Of a stretch of DNA of 64,000 nucleotides, positions 9,805 to 26,883 are shown piece by piece (position 1 is the stretch's first letter; each line of letters opens with the position of its first letter). The position numbers and the translations under genes are program-made. Below the pieces are notes generated by a model, which saw only the letters and a list, made by a program, of their open reading frames with translations, was not told the origin of the DNA and did not search any database. The stretch is from Escherichia coli (GTDB lineage Bacteria > Pseudomonadota > Gammaproteobacteria > Enterobacterales > Enterobacteriaceae): NCBI RefSeq assembly GCF_003334405.1, contig NZ_QOWM01000005.1; one strand, 5' to 3'.

Positions 9805-10536
9805 TTAGCTGCGCTGGCGCACCGCTTCAAATAAGCAAATTCCGGTCGCAACCGAAACGTTCAGGGAAGAAACGCTTCCAGCCATCGGGATGCTGATCAA
9901 CTCATCGCAATGTTCACGAGTCAGGCGACGCATACCTTCACCTTCCGCACCCATCACCAGCGCCAGGCGTCCGGTCATTTTGCTCTGATAGAGTGTATGA
10001 TCCGCCTCGCCTGCCGTACCGACGATCCAGATATTCTCTTCCTGCAACATACGCATGGTGCGCGCAAGGTTAGTCACCCGAATCAGCGGAACGCTTTCTG
10101 CCGCGCCGCAGGCTACTTTTTTCGCCGTAGCGTTGAGCTGTGCGGAGCGATCTTTCGGCACAATCACCGCATGAACGCCTGCGGCGTCCGCACTACGCAG
10201 GCACGCGCCGAGGTTGTGCGGATCGGTTACGCCGTCGAGGATCAGCAGGAACGGTTGATCGAGCGAAGCGATCAGATCCGGCAGATCGTTTTCCTGATAC
10301 TGACGTCCTGGCTTCACGCGGGCGATAATGCCCTGATGCACGGCACCGTCGCTTTTCTCGTCGAGATATTGGCGGTTTGCCAACTGGATAACCACGCCCT
10401 GAGACTCAAGGGCGTGAATCAGCGGTAACAGACGTTTATCTTCACGGCCTTTTAAAATAAAGACTTCCTGAAAACGTTCAGGGGCGCGCTCCAGCAGGGC
10501 CTGCACTGCGTGGATGCCGTAAATCATTTCGCTCAT
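9805..10536 (-). CDS. rlmB: 23S rRNA (Gm2251) 2'-O-methyltransferase, SpoU family
   Basis: 243-aa ORF with SPOUT-class motifs. Confidence 0.93.
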
Positions 10537-10560
10537 TAATGTACTCGTTGTTTACGTTTT

Positions 10561-10665
10561 GCCTGATGCACTACGTTTATCCGGCCTACATGATCTCTGC
10601 AATATATTGAATTTGCGTGATTATGTAGGCCGGATAAGGCGTTCACGCCGCATCCGGCATGAACA
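10561..10665. repeat. REP pair (BIME-like) between rnr and rlmB
   Basis: two inverted REP units (...tatccggcctacat ... atgtaggccggataaggcgttcacgccgcatccggca). Confidence 0.6.
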
Positions 10666-10715
10666 AAGCGCATTTTGTCAGCAATCTAACCCTCTTCTTT
10701 TAAAGAGGGTATTGA

Positions 10716-13157
10716 TCACTCTGCCACTTTTTTCTTCGCCGCACGCTTCGCTTTGGTCGCTGCAGCTATTTTCTGCGTTTTCGCCGATGGCTTTTTCGCT
10801 TTTCTCGCGTCTTTCTTCGCCGCTTTCGGCTTCGTTTTTTTCTCACCGCGGAAGGCGCTGTCTGGCTCAAAGTTTACCTTTTTACCGACCTGACGACGCT
10901 TGCCGCCTTTTTTACCTGCATCGCCTTTTTTCGCTTTCTCGCGCGCCGTTTTACCGACGTTGCGCGGTGCGCGTTCGCTGGAGATCAGGCTAAAGTCGAT
11001 TTTGCGCTCGTCCATATTAACCGCTTCGACGCGAACTTCCACGCGATCGCCCAGGCGATAAGTCTGGCCGCTGGATTCCCCCATCAGGCGTTGCCCTACC
11101 TGGTCAAAGCGATAGTAGTCATTGTCCAGCGAAGAGACATGGACCAGACCATCAATGAACAAGTCGTCCAGACGGACGAAGAAGCCAAAGCCAGTGACGC
11201 TGGAAATTACGCCTTTAAAGACGTTACCTACCTGGTCGAGCATGAAGTCACACTTCAGCCAGTCAGCCACATCGCGCGTTGCTTCGTCGGCACGACGTTC
11301 CGCCATCGAACAGTGCTGACCCAGTTGCAGCATCTCTTCCATCGAATAATGGTAGCCGCCGGTTTCAGTGGTGTTGCCCTGATGCCCCTGCTCTTTCGCC
11401 AGCAGATATTTAATGGCGCGGTGCAGCGTCAGGTCTGGATAACGACGAATCGGCGAAGTAAAGTGCGCATAGGACTGCAATGCCAGGCCAAAGTGACCAC
11501 GGTTTTCTGGATCGTAAATCGCCTGTTTCATCGAGCGCAGCAGCATGGTTTGCAGCATTTCTGCATCAGGACGATCGGCAACCGACTCCAGCAGCTCCGC
11601 GTAGTCACGCGGTTCCGGCTTGTTACCGCCCGGCAGTTCCAGCCCCAGCTCCGCCAGCACTGAACGGAAAGAGGTAATCGCTTCGGTGCTCGGCTTGTCG
11701 TGAATACGGAACAGTGCCGGTTCTTTCGCTTTCTCAACGAAACGCGCCGCCGAGATATTCGCCAGAATCATGCACTCTTCAATTAATTTGTGCGCGTCGT
11801 TACGCTGGGTCTGTTCGATACGTTCAATACGGCGTTCAGCGTTGAAAATGAACTTCGCTTCTTCGCTCTCAAATGAGATCCCACCGCGTTCTTCACGGGC
11901 TTTATCCAGCACTTTATAGAGGTTATGCAACTCTTCGAGATGCTTAACCAGCGGGGCGTACTGCTCGCGCAGATCCTGATCGCCCTGCAGAATATGCCAG
12001 ACTTTGGTGTAGGTCAGACGCGCGTGAGAGCTCATCACCGCTTCGTAGAATTTGTAGCCCGTCAGGCGGCCTTTCGACGAAACCGTCATCTCGCACACCA
12101 TACACAGGCGGTCTACCTGCGGGTTGAGCGAACACAGGCCGTTAGAGAGCACTTCCGGCAGCATCGGGATAACCTGCGAAGGGAAGTACACCGACGTGCC
12201 ACGGTTACGCGCTTCTCTGTCCAGCGGCGTTGACGGACGCACATAGTAGCTGACGTCGGCAATCGCGACCCATAAACGCCAGCCGCCGCCGCGTTTTTTC
12301 TCGCAGTAAACTGCATCGTCAAAGTCACGGGCGTCTTCGCCATCAATGGTGACCAGCGGTAAATCGCGCAGATCAACACGGCCCGCTTTTGCTTCTTCCG
12401 GCACTTCTTCTTTCAGCCCGGCAACCTGTTGCTCAACAGCCTGCGGCCAGATGTACGGAATTTCATGGGTACGCAGAGCGATATCAACCGCCATGCCGGT
12501 GCCCATATTGTCGCCCAGCACTTCGACGATTTTACCCACCGCTTTGGTGCGGCGAGTCGGACGCTGAGTCAGTTCGACTACGACCACAAAGCCCATCCGC
12601 GCGCCCATGATCTGATCGGGCGGGATTAAGATATCGAAGCTCAGACGGCTGTCGTCAGGAACCACAAAGCCGACGCCCGCTTCGGTAAAGTAGCGACCAA
12701 CAATCTGGCTGGTTTTTGGCACCAGTACGCGGACAATACGCGCTTCACGACGACCTTTACGGTCAGCACCCAGCGGCTGAGCCAGCACCTGATCGCCATG
12801 AATGCAGGTTTTCATCTGCTCGCTGGAGAGATACAAATCATCTTTACGCCCTTCAACCCGCAGAAAGCCGTAGCCATCACGGTGGCCAATAACGGTACCT
12901 TTCACCAGGTCGAGGCGTTCCGGCAGCGCATAGCACTGACGACGAGTGAAGACCAGTTGACCATCGCGCTCCATCGCGCGCAGGCGGCGACGCAGGCCTT
13001 CAAGCTGCTCTTCGCCTTCAATGTGCAGTTCTACCGCCAGCTCATCACGGCTGGCCGGTTTTTCACGTTTGGTTAAATGTTCGAGGATAAATTCCCGACT
13101 AGGGATGGGATTCGCGTATTTTTCAGCTTCGCGTTCCTGGAAAGGATCTTGTGACAT
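10716..13157 (-). CDS. rnr: ribonuclease R (RNB-family 3'-5' exoribonuclease with S1 domain and Lys-rich tail)
   Basis: ORF 10716..13199 trimmed to [14 protein letters not shown]... (813 aa) preceded by a GGAGGAACC Shine-Dalgarno. Confidence 0.95.
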   Translation of the reverse strand: MSQDPFQEREAEKYANPIPSREFILEHLTKREKPASRDELAVELHIEGEEQLEGLRRRLRAMERDGQLVFTRRQCYALPERLDLVKGTVIGHRDGYGFLRVEGRKDDLYLSSEQMKTCIHGDQVLAQPLGADRKGRREARIVRVLVPKTSQIVGRYFTEAGVGFVVPDDSRLSFDILIPPDQIMGARMGFVVVVELTQRPTRRTKAVGKIVEVLGDNMGTGMAVDIALRTHEIPYIWPQAVEQQVAGLKEEVPEEAKAGRVDLRDLPLVTIDGEDARDFDDAVYCEKKRGGGWRLWVAIADVSYYVRPSTPLDREARNRGTSVYFPSQVIPMLPEVLSNGLCSLNPQVDRLCMVCEMTVSSKGRLTGYKFYEAVMSSHARLTYTKVWHILQGDQDLREQYAPLVKHLEELHNLYKVLDKAREERGGISFESEEAKFIFNAERRIERIEQTQRNDAHKLIEECMILANISAARFVEKAKEPALFRIHDKPSTEAITSFRSVLAELGLELPGGNKPEPRDYAELLESVADRPDAEMLQTMLLRSMKQAIYDPENRGHFGLALQSYAHFTSPIRRYPDLTLHRAIKYLLAKEQGHQGNTTETGGYHYSMEEMLQLGQHCSMAERRADEATRDVADWLKCDFMLDQVGNVFKGVISSVTGFGFFVRLDDLFIDGLVHVSSLDNDYYRFDQVGQRLMGESSGQTYRLGDRVEVRVEAVNMDERKIDFSLISSERAPRNVGKTAREKAKKGDAGKKGGKRRQVGKKVNFEPDSAFRGEKKTKPKAAKKDARKAKKPSAKTQKIAAATKAKRAAKKKVAE

Positions 13158-13195
13158 CTCGGTTCCTCCGTTGTCATCTCTGATGAAGATTTTCG

Positions 13196-13621
13196 TCACT
13201 CCACCAGCAATAATTTATAAAGCGGTTGATTCTCTTCAACCAAATCGGCAAGCGTGTAGTTATCCAGTTCCGTAAGAAAACTTTGCACGGCCTTAGAAAG
13301 TGCCTGTTTCAACCTACAGGCAGGTGTAATGTGGCAAAACTCACTGCTGCAATTCACCAGCGATAAGGGCTCCAGCTCGCGCACCACATCACCAATACGT
13401 ATCGCACTCGCCGGTTTACCCAGGCGAATGCCGCCATTTTTTCCACGAACAGCAGTCACGTAGCCGGCACGACTAAGTTGATTGATTATTTTGACCATAT
13501 GATTACGGGAGACGCCGTAGACGTCAGTCACTTCAGAAATACTGGTCATCCGCCCTTCTGGCAATGACGCCATGTAGATCAGCGCACGTAATCCGTAATC
13601 AGTGAAACTCGTTAACTGCAC
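13196..13621 (-). CDS. nsrR: Rrf2-family NO-sensing repressor NsrR
   Basis: 141-aa ORF; Rrf2 HTH and conserved Cys cluster; stop overlaps the upstream part of the rnr ORF (operon arrangement). Confidence 0.93.
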
Positions 13622-13825
13622 ATCAACCTCAAAAGGGAAATCGGGAAAAAATACATTTATATTGATGATAAACCAGCCACAAGCTGTGTCGCTAATTTAT
13701 TTCAGTTCGGGGAAGGAAAAAAGCGAGGATTTAACACTGTGTCGGATAGCGTAATGGCTTACCCGACACAGCAATGTATCACACTGTTCGCCCGGCAGGC
13801 AAAATATCTGCCAGGCGTACCAGAA

Positions 13826-15127
<1,302 letters not shown>

Positions 15128-15227
15128 TCAAAATCACCGTTTGCTTAAAAATGGATTCTACCATCGCTTTTTCAGAGTTACAGCACTTTTTGCACTCAAA
15201 AATGACCTCGATCAGTCTGTTTTTTGT

Positions 15228-15425
15228 TCAGCCAATCGTTTTCCTCAACATGTAGTAGACCACAACGCCCGCAACCACAAGTCCACCGCCAAAACGACGT
15301 AAAATATTATCGGGCAAATTGGTCATCGCAGAGATCATCTTCTTCCATGCCTTCGGGTAAAGCATCGGCCCTAAACCTTCCAGTACCAAAACCAGGGCAA
15401 GCGCCAGCCAGATTGTCGAATTCAT
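15228..15425 (-). CDS. yjeT: small membrane protein YjeT (DUF2065)
   Basis: 65-aa hydrophobic ORF between hflC and purA. Confidence 0.8.
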   Translation of the reverse strand: MNSTIWLALALVLVLEGLGPMLYPKAWKKMISAMTNLPDNILRRFGGGLVVAGVVVYYMLRKTIG

Positions 15426-15506
15426 TCATTATCCTTATAGAAAAAGAAAACCACCGACATCCCTGAGGATGCGGTGGCTTTATTGACCTGTACCGCAGTC
15501 GTTATA

Positions 15507-16511
15507 TTAACGCGTTGCGGAAGTCGGCGTCTTCATGTAGCGGAAGAAATCGCTATCCGGGCTCATGACCATCACGTCCTGATTGCCAGAGAAGCTGTTC
15601 TCATAAGCACGCAGGCTACGGATGAATGCGTAGAAGTCCGGATCTTTACTGAATGCATCAGCAAACAGTTTGGCTGCTTCGGCATCGCCTTCACCACGCA
15701 TGATGCGGCCCTGACGCTCAGCTTCTGCCAGCGTTCTGGTCACTTCATAGTCGGCAGTCGCGCGCAGTTTTTCCGCTTCTTCCTGACCTTGTGAACGGTG
15801 ACGACGCGCTACCGCTTCACGCTCGGCGCGCATACGGTTGTAGATCGCTTCAGACACTTCGGTCGGCAGGTTGATCTGCTTGATACGCACATCGACAACT
15901 TCAATACCCAGCGCCGCCATACTGTTCGGGTTGATGACCGGAACTTTGCCCTTCGTCTCAGCCGTTACGCGCTCTGCCGCTTCGGCAATGGCGTTATCTG
16001 CCGCCGGGGTAGTAACTTCATCTTCTGTACCCGCAGAACCGGAGTTCAGCGCGTCACGTACTTCGAGGGTCAGACGACCACGGGAATCGGTGACGATATC
16101 TTTCACGTCCAGGCGACCAATTTCAGAACGCAGACGGTCAGAGAACTTACGTTTCAACAGCACTTCCGCTTGCGAAATGTCGCCACCACCCGTTGCCAGG
16201 TAGTAACGGCTGAAATCGCTGATGCGCCATTTGATGTAAGAGTCGACGATCAGGTCTTTCTTCTCTTTGGTCACAAAGCGGTCGGCCTGGTTGTCCATGG
16301 TCTGAATACGTGCGTCGAGCATTTTCACCGTTTCAATGAACGGTATCTTGAAATGCAGACCCGGCTCATAAACCAGAGGTTTGTTGTCATCGTCACGCAG
16401 TACCTTACCAAAACGCAGCGTAATACCGCGCTCACCTTCTTTGACGACAAAGACAGACATGTAAAGCACTACCAGCACGATGATGATAATCGCGATAACT
16501 GACTTACGCAT
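15507..16511 (-). CDS. hflC: FtsH-modulator HflC (band-7/SPFH)
   Basis: 334-aa ORF; N-terminal TM helix and SPFH domain. Confidence 0.95.
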   Translation of the reverse strand: MRKSVIAIIIIVLVVLYMSVFVVKEGERGITLRFGKVLRDDDNKPLVYEPGLHFKIPFIETVKMLDARIQTMDNQADRFVTKEKKDLIVDSYIKWRISDFSRYYLATGGGDISQAEVLLKRKFSDRLRSEIGRLDVKDIVTDSRGRLTLEVRDALNSGSAGTEDEVTTPAADNAIAEAAERVTAETKGKVPVINPNSMAALGIEVVDVRIKQINLPTEVSEAIYNRMRAEREAVARRHRSQGQEEAEKLRATADYEVTRTLAEAERQGRIMRGEGDAEAAKLFADAFSKDPDFYAFIRSLRAYENSFSGNQDVMVMSPDSDFFRYMKTPTSATR

Positions 16512-16513
16512 CG

Positions 16514-17773
16514 TTATTCCCCCTGACGCTGGTAGTCGTTACGCTGCGCGTTGGCGCGGCGTTGGTCCATAATATCGCCCTGACTGGTGGACGACGTGTT
16601 GCTTGCTCCACTGGTTGTGGAGGAAGAGGCTGGCGGCAGACGCAGCAGATTGCTGGCACCGTTATCGCTCTTCGCCGCAGGGGCGTTACCACCTTTCAGC
16701 ATCTGGTCTAACGGCAGAACCATCAGGTTGCCACCTTTATCGTTAACCAGCACTTTGCGGGTGTTACCCAACACTTTTTCCATCGTCTCGATATACAGAC
16801 GCTCGCGAGTAATTTCCGGCGCGGCTTTATATTCCGGCAGAAGTTTAGCAAAGCGCGCCACTTCACCCTGAGCTTCCAGGATGGTCTGGGCCTTGTACGC
16901 ACGCGCCTCTTCGAGGATACGTTGCGCCTGACCGTTCGCACGCGGCTGAACTTCGTTGGTATACGCTTCTGCTTCACGAATGTATTGCTGTTCGTTTTCA
17001 CGCGCGGCAATCGCATCGTCAAACGCCGCTTTTACTTCTTCCGGCGGACGAGCAGCCTGGAAGTTGACGTCCAGCAGCGTGATACCCATGTCATACGGAC
17101 GAATCGTCTCTTCCAGTTCGCGCTGAGTATCGCTACGAATCACGGTACGACCTTCCGTCAGAATGCGGTCCATGGTGTATTTACCGATAACTCCACGCAG
17201 GGCGCTGTCGGTAGCCTGACGCAGGCTGTCATCCGGGCTGGTCACGCTATACAGATATTTTTCCGGATTGGTGACGCGGTACTGCACGTTCATCTCAACG
17301 CGCACTACGTTCTCGTCCGACGTCAGCATCACACCAGAAGCGGCCAGTTCACGCACGGCTTCCACGTTCACCGGTTTGACTTCGTCGATAAACGTCGGTT
17401 TCCAGTTCAGACCCGGCTCAACCAGATGGCTGAATTTACCAAAGCGTGTTACCACGCCGCGTTCGGCTTCTTTAATGGTATAGAAACCACTGGCCGCCCA
17501 GATAATGACAATCGCTGCCGCTGCGATGGTAACGACACGACCGCCAAGCTGCGGGCGCGGGCCTTGCGATGAACTGCCACCGCCAGATCCGGTGCCTTTA
17601 CCGCCGCCCAGACCACCGAGCTTTTTGCTCAGTTTGCGGAAGATATCATCTAAATCAGGTGGCCCTTGATCGCGACCGCCTTTGTTTCCATTTCCCTCAG
17701 AGTTGCCGCCAGGTTTGCTGCTTCCCCACGGGTCGCGGTCTTGTCCGTTATTACCGGGCTGATTCCACGCCAT
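16514..17773 (-). CDS. hflK: FtsH-modulator HflK (band-7/SPFH)
   Basis: 419-aa ORF; Gly-rich N-terminus, TM helix, SPFH domain. Confidence 0.95.
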   Translation of the reverse strand: MAWNQPGNNGQDRDPWGSSKPGGNSEGNGNKGGRDQGPPDLDDIFRKLSKKLGGLGGGKGTGSGGGSSSQGPRPQLGGRVVTIAAAAIVIIWAASGFYTIKEAERGVVTRFGKFSHLVEPGLNWKPTFIDEVKPVNVEAVRELAASGVMLTSDENVVRVEMNVQYRVTNPEKYLYSVTSPDDSLRQATDSALRGVIGKYTMDRILTEGRTVIRSDTQRELEETIRPYDMGITLLDVNFQAARPPEEVKAAFDDAIAARENEQQYIREAEAYTNEVQPRANGQAQRILEEARAYKAQTILEAQGEVARFAKLLPEYKAAPEITRERLYIETMEKVLGNTRKVLVNDKGGNLMVLPLDQMLKGGNAPAAKSDNGASNLLRLPPASSSTTSGASNTSSTSQGDIMDQRRANAQRNDYQRQGE

Positions 17774-17858
17774 GTTTGTGCTCCATATTTGTTATGCGGT
17801 GATCCCTGTTGTCTTTCGACGCCAGAGGATATGACTCCACGCTTCAGACGCTACGCCG

Positions 17859-19139
17859 TTAGATCAGGTAATCGATCAACGCCGGTTCTTGTTTACAGAG
17901 GCGACGCCAGTCAACGATCGGCATACGAACTTGCAGACTTACGCTGCCGTCCTCCTCCATCCACTCTTTTTCTATTGCCTGAAGCTGATAAAAACGACTT
18001 CTCAGACGCCCTTCCTGCGGTGGCAGACGCAATGTATGCTGCGCCACCTCGCCGGAAAGCCGCTCCGTCAAAGCCTGAAAAAGCTGTGGTATCCCCGCTC
18101 CGGTCTGTGCGGAAAGCCAGACACGGATCGGTTTGTTCTCTTCGTCCCGATCAATACGCGGTTCGAAATCTTCCAGCATATCGATCTTGTTCATCACCAG
18201 CAGGGTTGGGATCTCGTGAGCGTCGATCTCTTCAAGAACCGTATTCACCGCTTCGATGTTTTCTTGTACACGCACATCCGCCGCATCAATGACGTGCAGC
18301 AGTAATGTGGCTTGCCGCGTCTCTTGTAACGTGGCTTTAAATGCCGCCACCAGATCGTGCGGCAGGTGGCGAATAAACCCTACGGTATCTGCAAGTACGG
18401 TTTCACCGACATCTGCAACGTCAATACGCCGCAACGTCGGGTCGAGGGTGGCAAACAACTGGTCTGCCGCGTAGACCCGCGCTTCGGTGATGCGATTGAA
18501 AAGGGTAGATTTACCGGCGTTGGTATATCCCACCAGCGAAACAGTAGGAACGTCGGCTTTGATACGCGATTGCCGCCCCTGCTCACGCTGCTTTTCAACT
18601 CTTTCCAGGCGCGACTGTATCTGCACGATGCGATTACGCAACAAACGACGGTCGGTTTCGAGCTGGGTTTCACCCGGACCACGCAAACCTATCCCGCCTT
18701 TCTGTCTTTCAAGGTGGGTCCAGCCACGCACCAGGCGCGTAGCCAGATGGCGCAGCTGCGCCAGCTCAACCTGCAACTTACCCTCATGGGTACGCGCACG
18801 TTGGGCGAAAATATCTAAAATAAGGCCGGTGCGGTCGATAACACGACACTCGCACAAACGCTCCAGGTTACGCTCTTGCGCCGGGCTCAGGGCATGGTCA
18901 AAAAGAACGACCGAAGCACCCGTCGCTTTGACAGCTTCCGCAATTTCAACTGCTTTACCTTCACCTACAAAATACTTTGGGTGCGGCGCTTTACGGCTAC
19001 CGGTAATCACCTGCAATGCTTCGACACCGGCGGAAGAGACCAGAGATTCAAACTCCTGGAGGTCTTCCATATCTTTGTCTTGCGTAAAATAGATGTGTAC
19101 CAGTACCGCCTGCTCACCAGCATCATAACGGTCAAACAA
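17859..19139 (-). CDS. hflX: ribosome-associated GTPase HflX
   Basis: 426-aa ORF with [10 protein letters not shown]1 motif. Confidence 0.95.
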   Translation of the reverse strand: MFDRYDAGEQAVLVHIYFTQDKDMEDLQEFESLVSSAGVEALQVITGSRKAPHPKYFVGEGKAVEIAEAVKATGASVVLFDHALSPAQERNLERLCECRVIDRTGLILDIFAQRARTHEGKLQVELAQLRHLATRLVRGWTHLERQKGGIGLRGPGETQLETDRRLLRNRIVQIQSRLERVEKQREQGRQSRIKADVPTVSLVGYTNAGKSTLFNRITEARVYAADQLFATLDPTLRRIDVADVGETVLADTVGFIRHLPHDLVAAFKATLQETRQATLLLHVIDAADVRVQENIEAVNTVLEEIDAHEIPTLLVMNKIDMLEDFEPRIDRDEENKPIRVWLSAQTGAGIPQLFQALTERLSGEVAQHTLRLPPQEGRLRSRFYQLQAIEKEWMEEDGSVSLQVRMPIVDWRRLCKQEPALIDYLI

Positions 19140-19214
19140 GCGTATAACCCTCTAAATAGATCAGCGGGGAACGCAGGATCGCTGGCTCCCCGTGTAAAAA
19201 AACAGCCCGAAACC

Positions 19215-19535
<321 letters not shown>

Positions 19536-19608
19536 TTATATGCTTATTTGTACTTTGAACCTTTCGATTCTGAAAAAATTGCGCACGATACGTCTCAATT
19601 GTACACAT

Positions 19609-20559
19609 TCAGCCTGCGATAGCACCAACAACCTGTAATACTTCGTCACGCGCCTGTTCTGGTTTTTCACTGTCAAGCCAGTGAACCCCTTCCCAACCAC
19701 GCAGCCAGGTTATCTGCCGCTTCGCCAACTGTCTCGTGGCGCAAACACCTCGATAAACCATTTCATCGTATGAGATTTCGCCTTCAAGGTAAGACCACAT
19801 CTGGCGATAACCCACGCAACGAATGGAAGGCAAGTCCGTATGCAAATCTCCTCGGGCAAAAAGCGCCCGGACTTCTGCTTCAAAACCTGAAGCCAACATC
19901 TGATGAAAACGCTGCTCAATGCGTTGATGGAGCAGTTCACGGCTCGCCGGGGCGATGGCGAACTGATGCACCTGATACGGTAGAGCGTCTCCTGACGTTT
20001 GCGTCAGTTCCGTTAAAGTTTTACCCGAAATGAAAAAAACTTCCAGTGCCCGGGAAAGCCTTTGTGGATCATTTGGATGAATCCTTGCTGCCGCAACCGG
20101 ATCTACCTCCTGAAGTTGACGATGCAATGACTCCCAACCTTGCTCTGCCGCCTGTTGCTCAATTCTGGCCCGTACTTCCGGGTCTGCCGACGGTAGCGGC
20201 GACAACCCTTCCAGCAATGCCTTGAAATACAACATCGTACCGCCCACTAACAGTGGGATCCGCCCCGCCGCGGTGATATCGGCCATTTCCGCCAGCGCAT
20301 CGCGGCGAAAATCAGCAGCCGAGTAAGCCTGCGACGGATCGCGAATATCCAGCAATCGGTGCGGCGCGGCGAGTAACTCTTCAGCGTTCGGCTTCGCCGT
20401 CCCGATATCCATCCCTTTGTAAATAAGGGCAGAATCAACGCTTATCAACTCTACTGGTAAAATTTTACGCAGCTCAATGGCTAACGCCGTTTTACCGGAG
20501 GCCGTCGGCCCCATCAAAAAAATCGCCTTAGGCAGGCTCGCCTTACTGATATCACTCAT
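19609..20559 (-). CDS. miaA: tRNA dimethylallyltransferase
   Basis: 316-aa ORF with GPTASGKT P-loop; start overlaps the mutL stop by 8 bp. Confidence 0.95.
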
Positions 20560-22399
20560 CTTTCAGGGCTTTTATCGCCGGATGTAAATCAACAGATTGT
20601 AACAGACCACCCGGCGGCGTTTTCACAAGTTGCGGACATAACCGTTCCACGTCCGCCAGCAGGGTTATGGCCTGTGCCATTGACCACTGCGCATGTTCGC
20701 TCATCAGATTTCGTGCAATCCACTGCGCAATATTGCCAGGTTCGAATACGGACTGCTTCGCCAGGTAGCCTATCAGTTCAGGAATCAAGATTTGTAAATT
20801 TTGTTGGCGTAAGGGTAAAGGCACTGCCCTGATGGTCACATGCTGTGCATCTGACTGGAAATCAATACCCAATTCCGCTAGGGCAGACTGCGCTTTTTCT
20901 AATGCCGATTTTTCTTCGGCAGAAACTTTTAGCCGCAACGGAATCAGCAGCGGCTGGGCGCAAACGGGCGCTTCACCCGGCGTCAATTGTGCCTGACGCA
21001 GCCAACGTTCTGCCACTGGCAAGGATAAAAGTGAAATGTTGCCGTCGCGCTCCAGCAACGCACAGTCGGAATGGACGATAGTCAGTACCCGACCAAAACT
21101 CTGACTGTTCGCCGCAAGTGCAGGTTCCTGCGGTTCCGGCGCTTTTAATTTTTGCATCGGCGCGGGCGTTTGCAAAAGCTGGCGATACACTTCACCTTGC
21201 TGTTTCTGGTAGCCTGGCTGCGCATTCGGCCAGGGGGCAGCCGGACGACTGCCTGATGCTGGCGCAGGAGTGTAGCGCGGAGCTACCGGCTCACGAGCTG
21301 CCGGTTCTGCAAAGTGATTGCGCCCCGCCGCCACGCGGTTTTCCGGAATGGAACGCGGTGCAGGTTGGGGTTCATCGTCCAGCGGTAGCGGCGTTTCCAG
21401 TTGCTGTTGTAGCACGCTCAGCACGCCCTGATAGATAAAATCATGCACCAGACGCGACTGATGGAAACGCACTTCGTGTTTGGCGGGGTGCACGTTGACG
21501 TCCACCTGATGTGGGTCGATCTCCAGATACAACACAAATGCCGGTTGCTGATCGGCCCCCAGTTTGTCTTCGCAGGCCTGGCGGATCGCGTGATTGATCA
21601 GGCGATCGCGCATCATGCGACCGTTCACGTAGCAATACTGAATTTCTGCCAGTGCGGGCGTGGTGTGATTTGGATCGGCCACCCAGCCGCGTAGCGTGAG
21701 ATCGCCGTGTTGCCATTCAATCGCCAGCGCTTGTTCAAGAAAAGCGGTGCCGCAAATCGCGCCTAAGCGCCGTTCTTTTTGCCCGCCTTCCGGCACTGCG
21801 CGGTACTGACGCACAATTTTACCGTTATGCGACAGGTTGATCGTGACGTCGAAACGCGCCAGCGCAATGCGGCGGATGATCTCATCAATGTGGTTAAATT
21901 CGGTTTTCTCGGTGCGCAGGAATTTGCGCCGCGCCGGGGTGTTGTAGAACAGATCCAGCACCTCCAGCGTCGTCCCCACAGGATGCGCCGCCGGTTTTAC
22001 CGTCACGTTCATATCGCGCCCTTCGGCATAGGCCTGCCAGGCTTCCTGCTGTTCTGCGGTGCGTGAAGTGAGCGTCAGGCGGGAAACCGAACTGATACTC
22101 GCCAGCGCCTCACCGCGAAAGCCCAGGCTGATAATGGCTTCGAGATCGTCCAGAGAGGCGATTTTACTGGTGGCATGACGAGCCAGCGCCAGCGCCAGCT
22201 CATCTTTTTTGATACCGCAGCCGTTATCACGAATGCGGATAAGTTTCGCCCCACCGCGTTCGATATCAATATCGATACGCGTCGCACCTGCATCGAGGCT
22301 GTTTTCCACTAGTTCTTTGACTACCGACGCAGGTCGCTCGACCACCTCACCTGCGGCAATCTGGTTCGCCAGTTGTGGCGGTAAGACCTGAATTGGCAT
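20552..22399 (-). CDS. mutL: DNA mismatch repair protein MutL
   Basis: ORF 20552..22402 trimmed to [23 protein letters not shown]... (615 aa); GHKL ATPase N-domain. Confidence 0.95.
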
Positions 22400-22408
22400 C
22401 AATCGTCC

Positions 22409-23746
22409 TTAGTTTGGCAGCGTGCGATCTGGCGTCGTCACCGTACTGGCAGTTTGTGCCGTTGCACCCTGCGGCGCAGATTGCATCGGATGCGCAAGGA
22501 AGTAATTGCGCAGGCCTTTGTAAATGGCTTCTGCCAGCTGTTGTTGGTAATCGTCGCTCGCCAGCAAACGTTCTTCGCTGTTGTTGCTGATAAAACCGGT
22601 TTCGACCAGTACTGATGGGATATCCGGCGAGCGCAGAACGCCAAGGCTGGCGTGTTCTGGTCGACGTTTATGTATTTCGCCAATGCGTTGCAACTGACTG
22701 ATCATACTGGTCGCTACATCATACCCTACCCGCTGGGAATGACCGAACTGTAAATCCAGCACCGCCTGGCTTAAATAGGGGTCAGACTGACTGTTCGCCA
22801 GCACATCACCCGCCCCACCCAGCAGCTCCGACTGTTTCTCGTGCTGCTCCAGCCAGCTGGCCATTTCACTGTTGGCGCGACGGTTAGAGAGCACCCATAC
22901 GGAAGCGCCAGTCGCACTGCGGTTCGGTGCGGCATCAGCGTGAATCGACACGAGGAAATTGGCGTTTTGCTTACGTGCCACATCACTGCGCCCCATCACC
23001 GAGATAAAGTAATCCCCGTCACGGGTTAAAACGCCTTTAAACATCGGATCGTCATTGAGCAAAGTACGCAATTTACGCGCGATGGCGATGGTGACATTTT
23101 TCTCCCGCGTACCACCGGGGCCGATAGCGCCAGGGTCCTGACCGCCGTGTCCGGCATCAATAGCGATGATAATTTTATCGCCAGTGTTAGCCGTCGCGCG
23201 CGCTGCCGGACGCGTTACCGTATTACTGCTGATAACACCCGTAGTGCGGTTACTTTCCGTTTTAAACGGATTGCGCGCCGGTTCGCTGACGCGCGGTGCG
23301 ACAACCGCAGGCGTTTCAACGCGTTTCGCAACCACGGGCGGCGGAGGAGGCGGTGGCGGCACATCGGCGTTAATCGTAAAGACGACAGTGTAATTGCTGC
23401 CATTCTGCCGCTTCACCGCTTCGGTTTTACCGTTTTCGGTAAGATCGACCACCAGCCGTAGCGTTTGTGCATCTTTAGGCGTTCCAGAGCGAATCGCCTT
23501 CACCAGATTATTGCCGCTGAACAACAACGGCAGTCCCTGAATCACGCCCGTTTGTTTGATATCGAGCGCCACGGTGCGTTTGCTTTGATGGCTAAACGCA
23601 TAATCAGGATCGCCAATAAAACTCAACGTTATCCGCGCCTGTTGATTACCGTTAGAAACCTGAATATCAGAGAGCGTCGCGGCACCCACCGGCGTGCACA
23701 GCAGCAGCAGCGTCGCTACCAACCAATTTCTGATGCGATACATCAT
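22409..23746 (-). CDS. amiB: N-acetylmuramoyl-L-alanine amidase AmiB
   Basis: ORF 22409..23761 trimmed to [10 protein letters not shown]... (445 aa); signal peptide, poly-Pro linker, amidase_3 domain. Confidence 0.93.
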
Positions 23747-23764
23747 CCCGCCACCTTTCAAAGG

Positions 23765-25743
<1,979 letters not shown>

Positions 25744-25745
<2 letters not shown>

Positions 25746-26883
25746 GTCAGAGCCCCTCGATCTCAATCAGTTAGCGCAAAAAATTAAACAGTGGGGGCTG
25801 GAACTGGGCTTTCAGCAGGTAGGTATTACCGATACCGATCTCAGCGAGTCCGAGCCCAAACTGCAAGCATGGCTGGACAAACAATACCACGGCGAAATGG
25901 ACTGGATGGCACGTCACGGTATGCTGCGCGCTCGCCCTCATGAGTTATTGCCCGGTACGCTGCGCGTGATCAGCGTGCGGATGAATTACCTTCCTGCTAA
26001 CGCCGCATTTGCCAGCACGCTGAAAAACCCCAAACTCGGCTATGTTAGCCGTTATGCGCTGGGCCGTGACTATCACAAACTTCTGCGCAACCGACTCAAA
26101 AAGCTGGGCGAGATGATTCAGCAACATTGTGTTTCGCTGAATTTTAGACCGTTTGTCGATTCTGCGCCTATTCTCGAGCGCCCGTTAGCTGAAAAAGCTG
26201 GGCTCGGCTGGACAGGTAAGCACTCACTTATCCTCAATCGCGAGGCCGGTTCGTTCTTCTTTTTAGGCGAATTGCTGGTCGATATTCCGCTGCCCGTGGA
26301 TCAACCAGTCGAGGAAGGATGCGGCAAATGCGTGGCCTGTATGACGATTTGCCCGACCGGTGCCATCGTCGAGCCATATACCGTCGATGCTCGCCGCTGT
26401 ATCTCTTATCTCACCATCGAACTTGAAGGGGCGATCCCGGAAGAGTTGCGACCGTTAATGGGAAACCGTATTTACGGTTGCGATGACTGCCAGCTTATCT
26501 GCCCGTGGAATCGCTATTCACAACTCACCACAGAAGAGGATTTCAGCCCGCGTAAGCCGCTACACGCACCGGAACTCATTGAGTTATTCGCCTGGAGCGA
26601 AGAGAAGTTTTTAAAAGTCACGGAAGGATCGGCGATTCGTCGTATTGGTCACCTGCGTTGGCTGCGTAATATCGCCGTAGCATTAGGCAATGCCCCTTGG
26701 GATGAAACGATTTTGACAGCGCTGGAAAGTCGTAAAGGTGAGCACCCACTTCTCGATGAGCACATAGCGTGGGCGATTGCGCAGCAAATAGAGAGACGAA
26801 ATGCGTGCATAGTCGAAGTGCAATTGCCGAAAAAACAGCGTCTGGTTCGGGTGATTGAAAAAGGGTTACCGCGTGACGCCTGA
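25744..26883 (+). CDS. queG: epoxyqueuosine reductase QueG (YjeS)
   Basis: ORF 25636..26883 trimmed to MSEPLDLNQLAQK... (379 aa); 4Fe-4S ferredoxin motif CGKCVACMTICP. Confidence 0.92.
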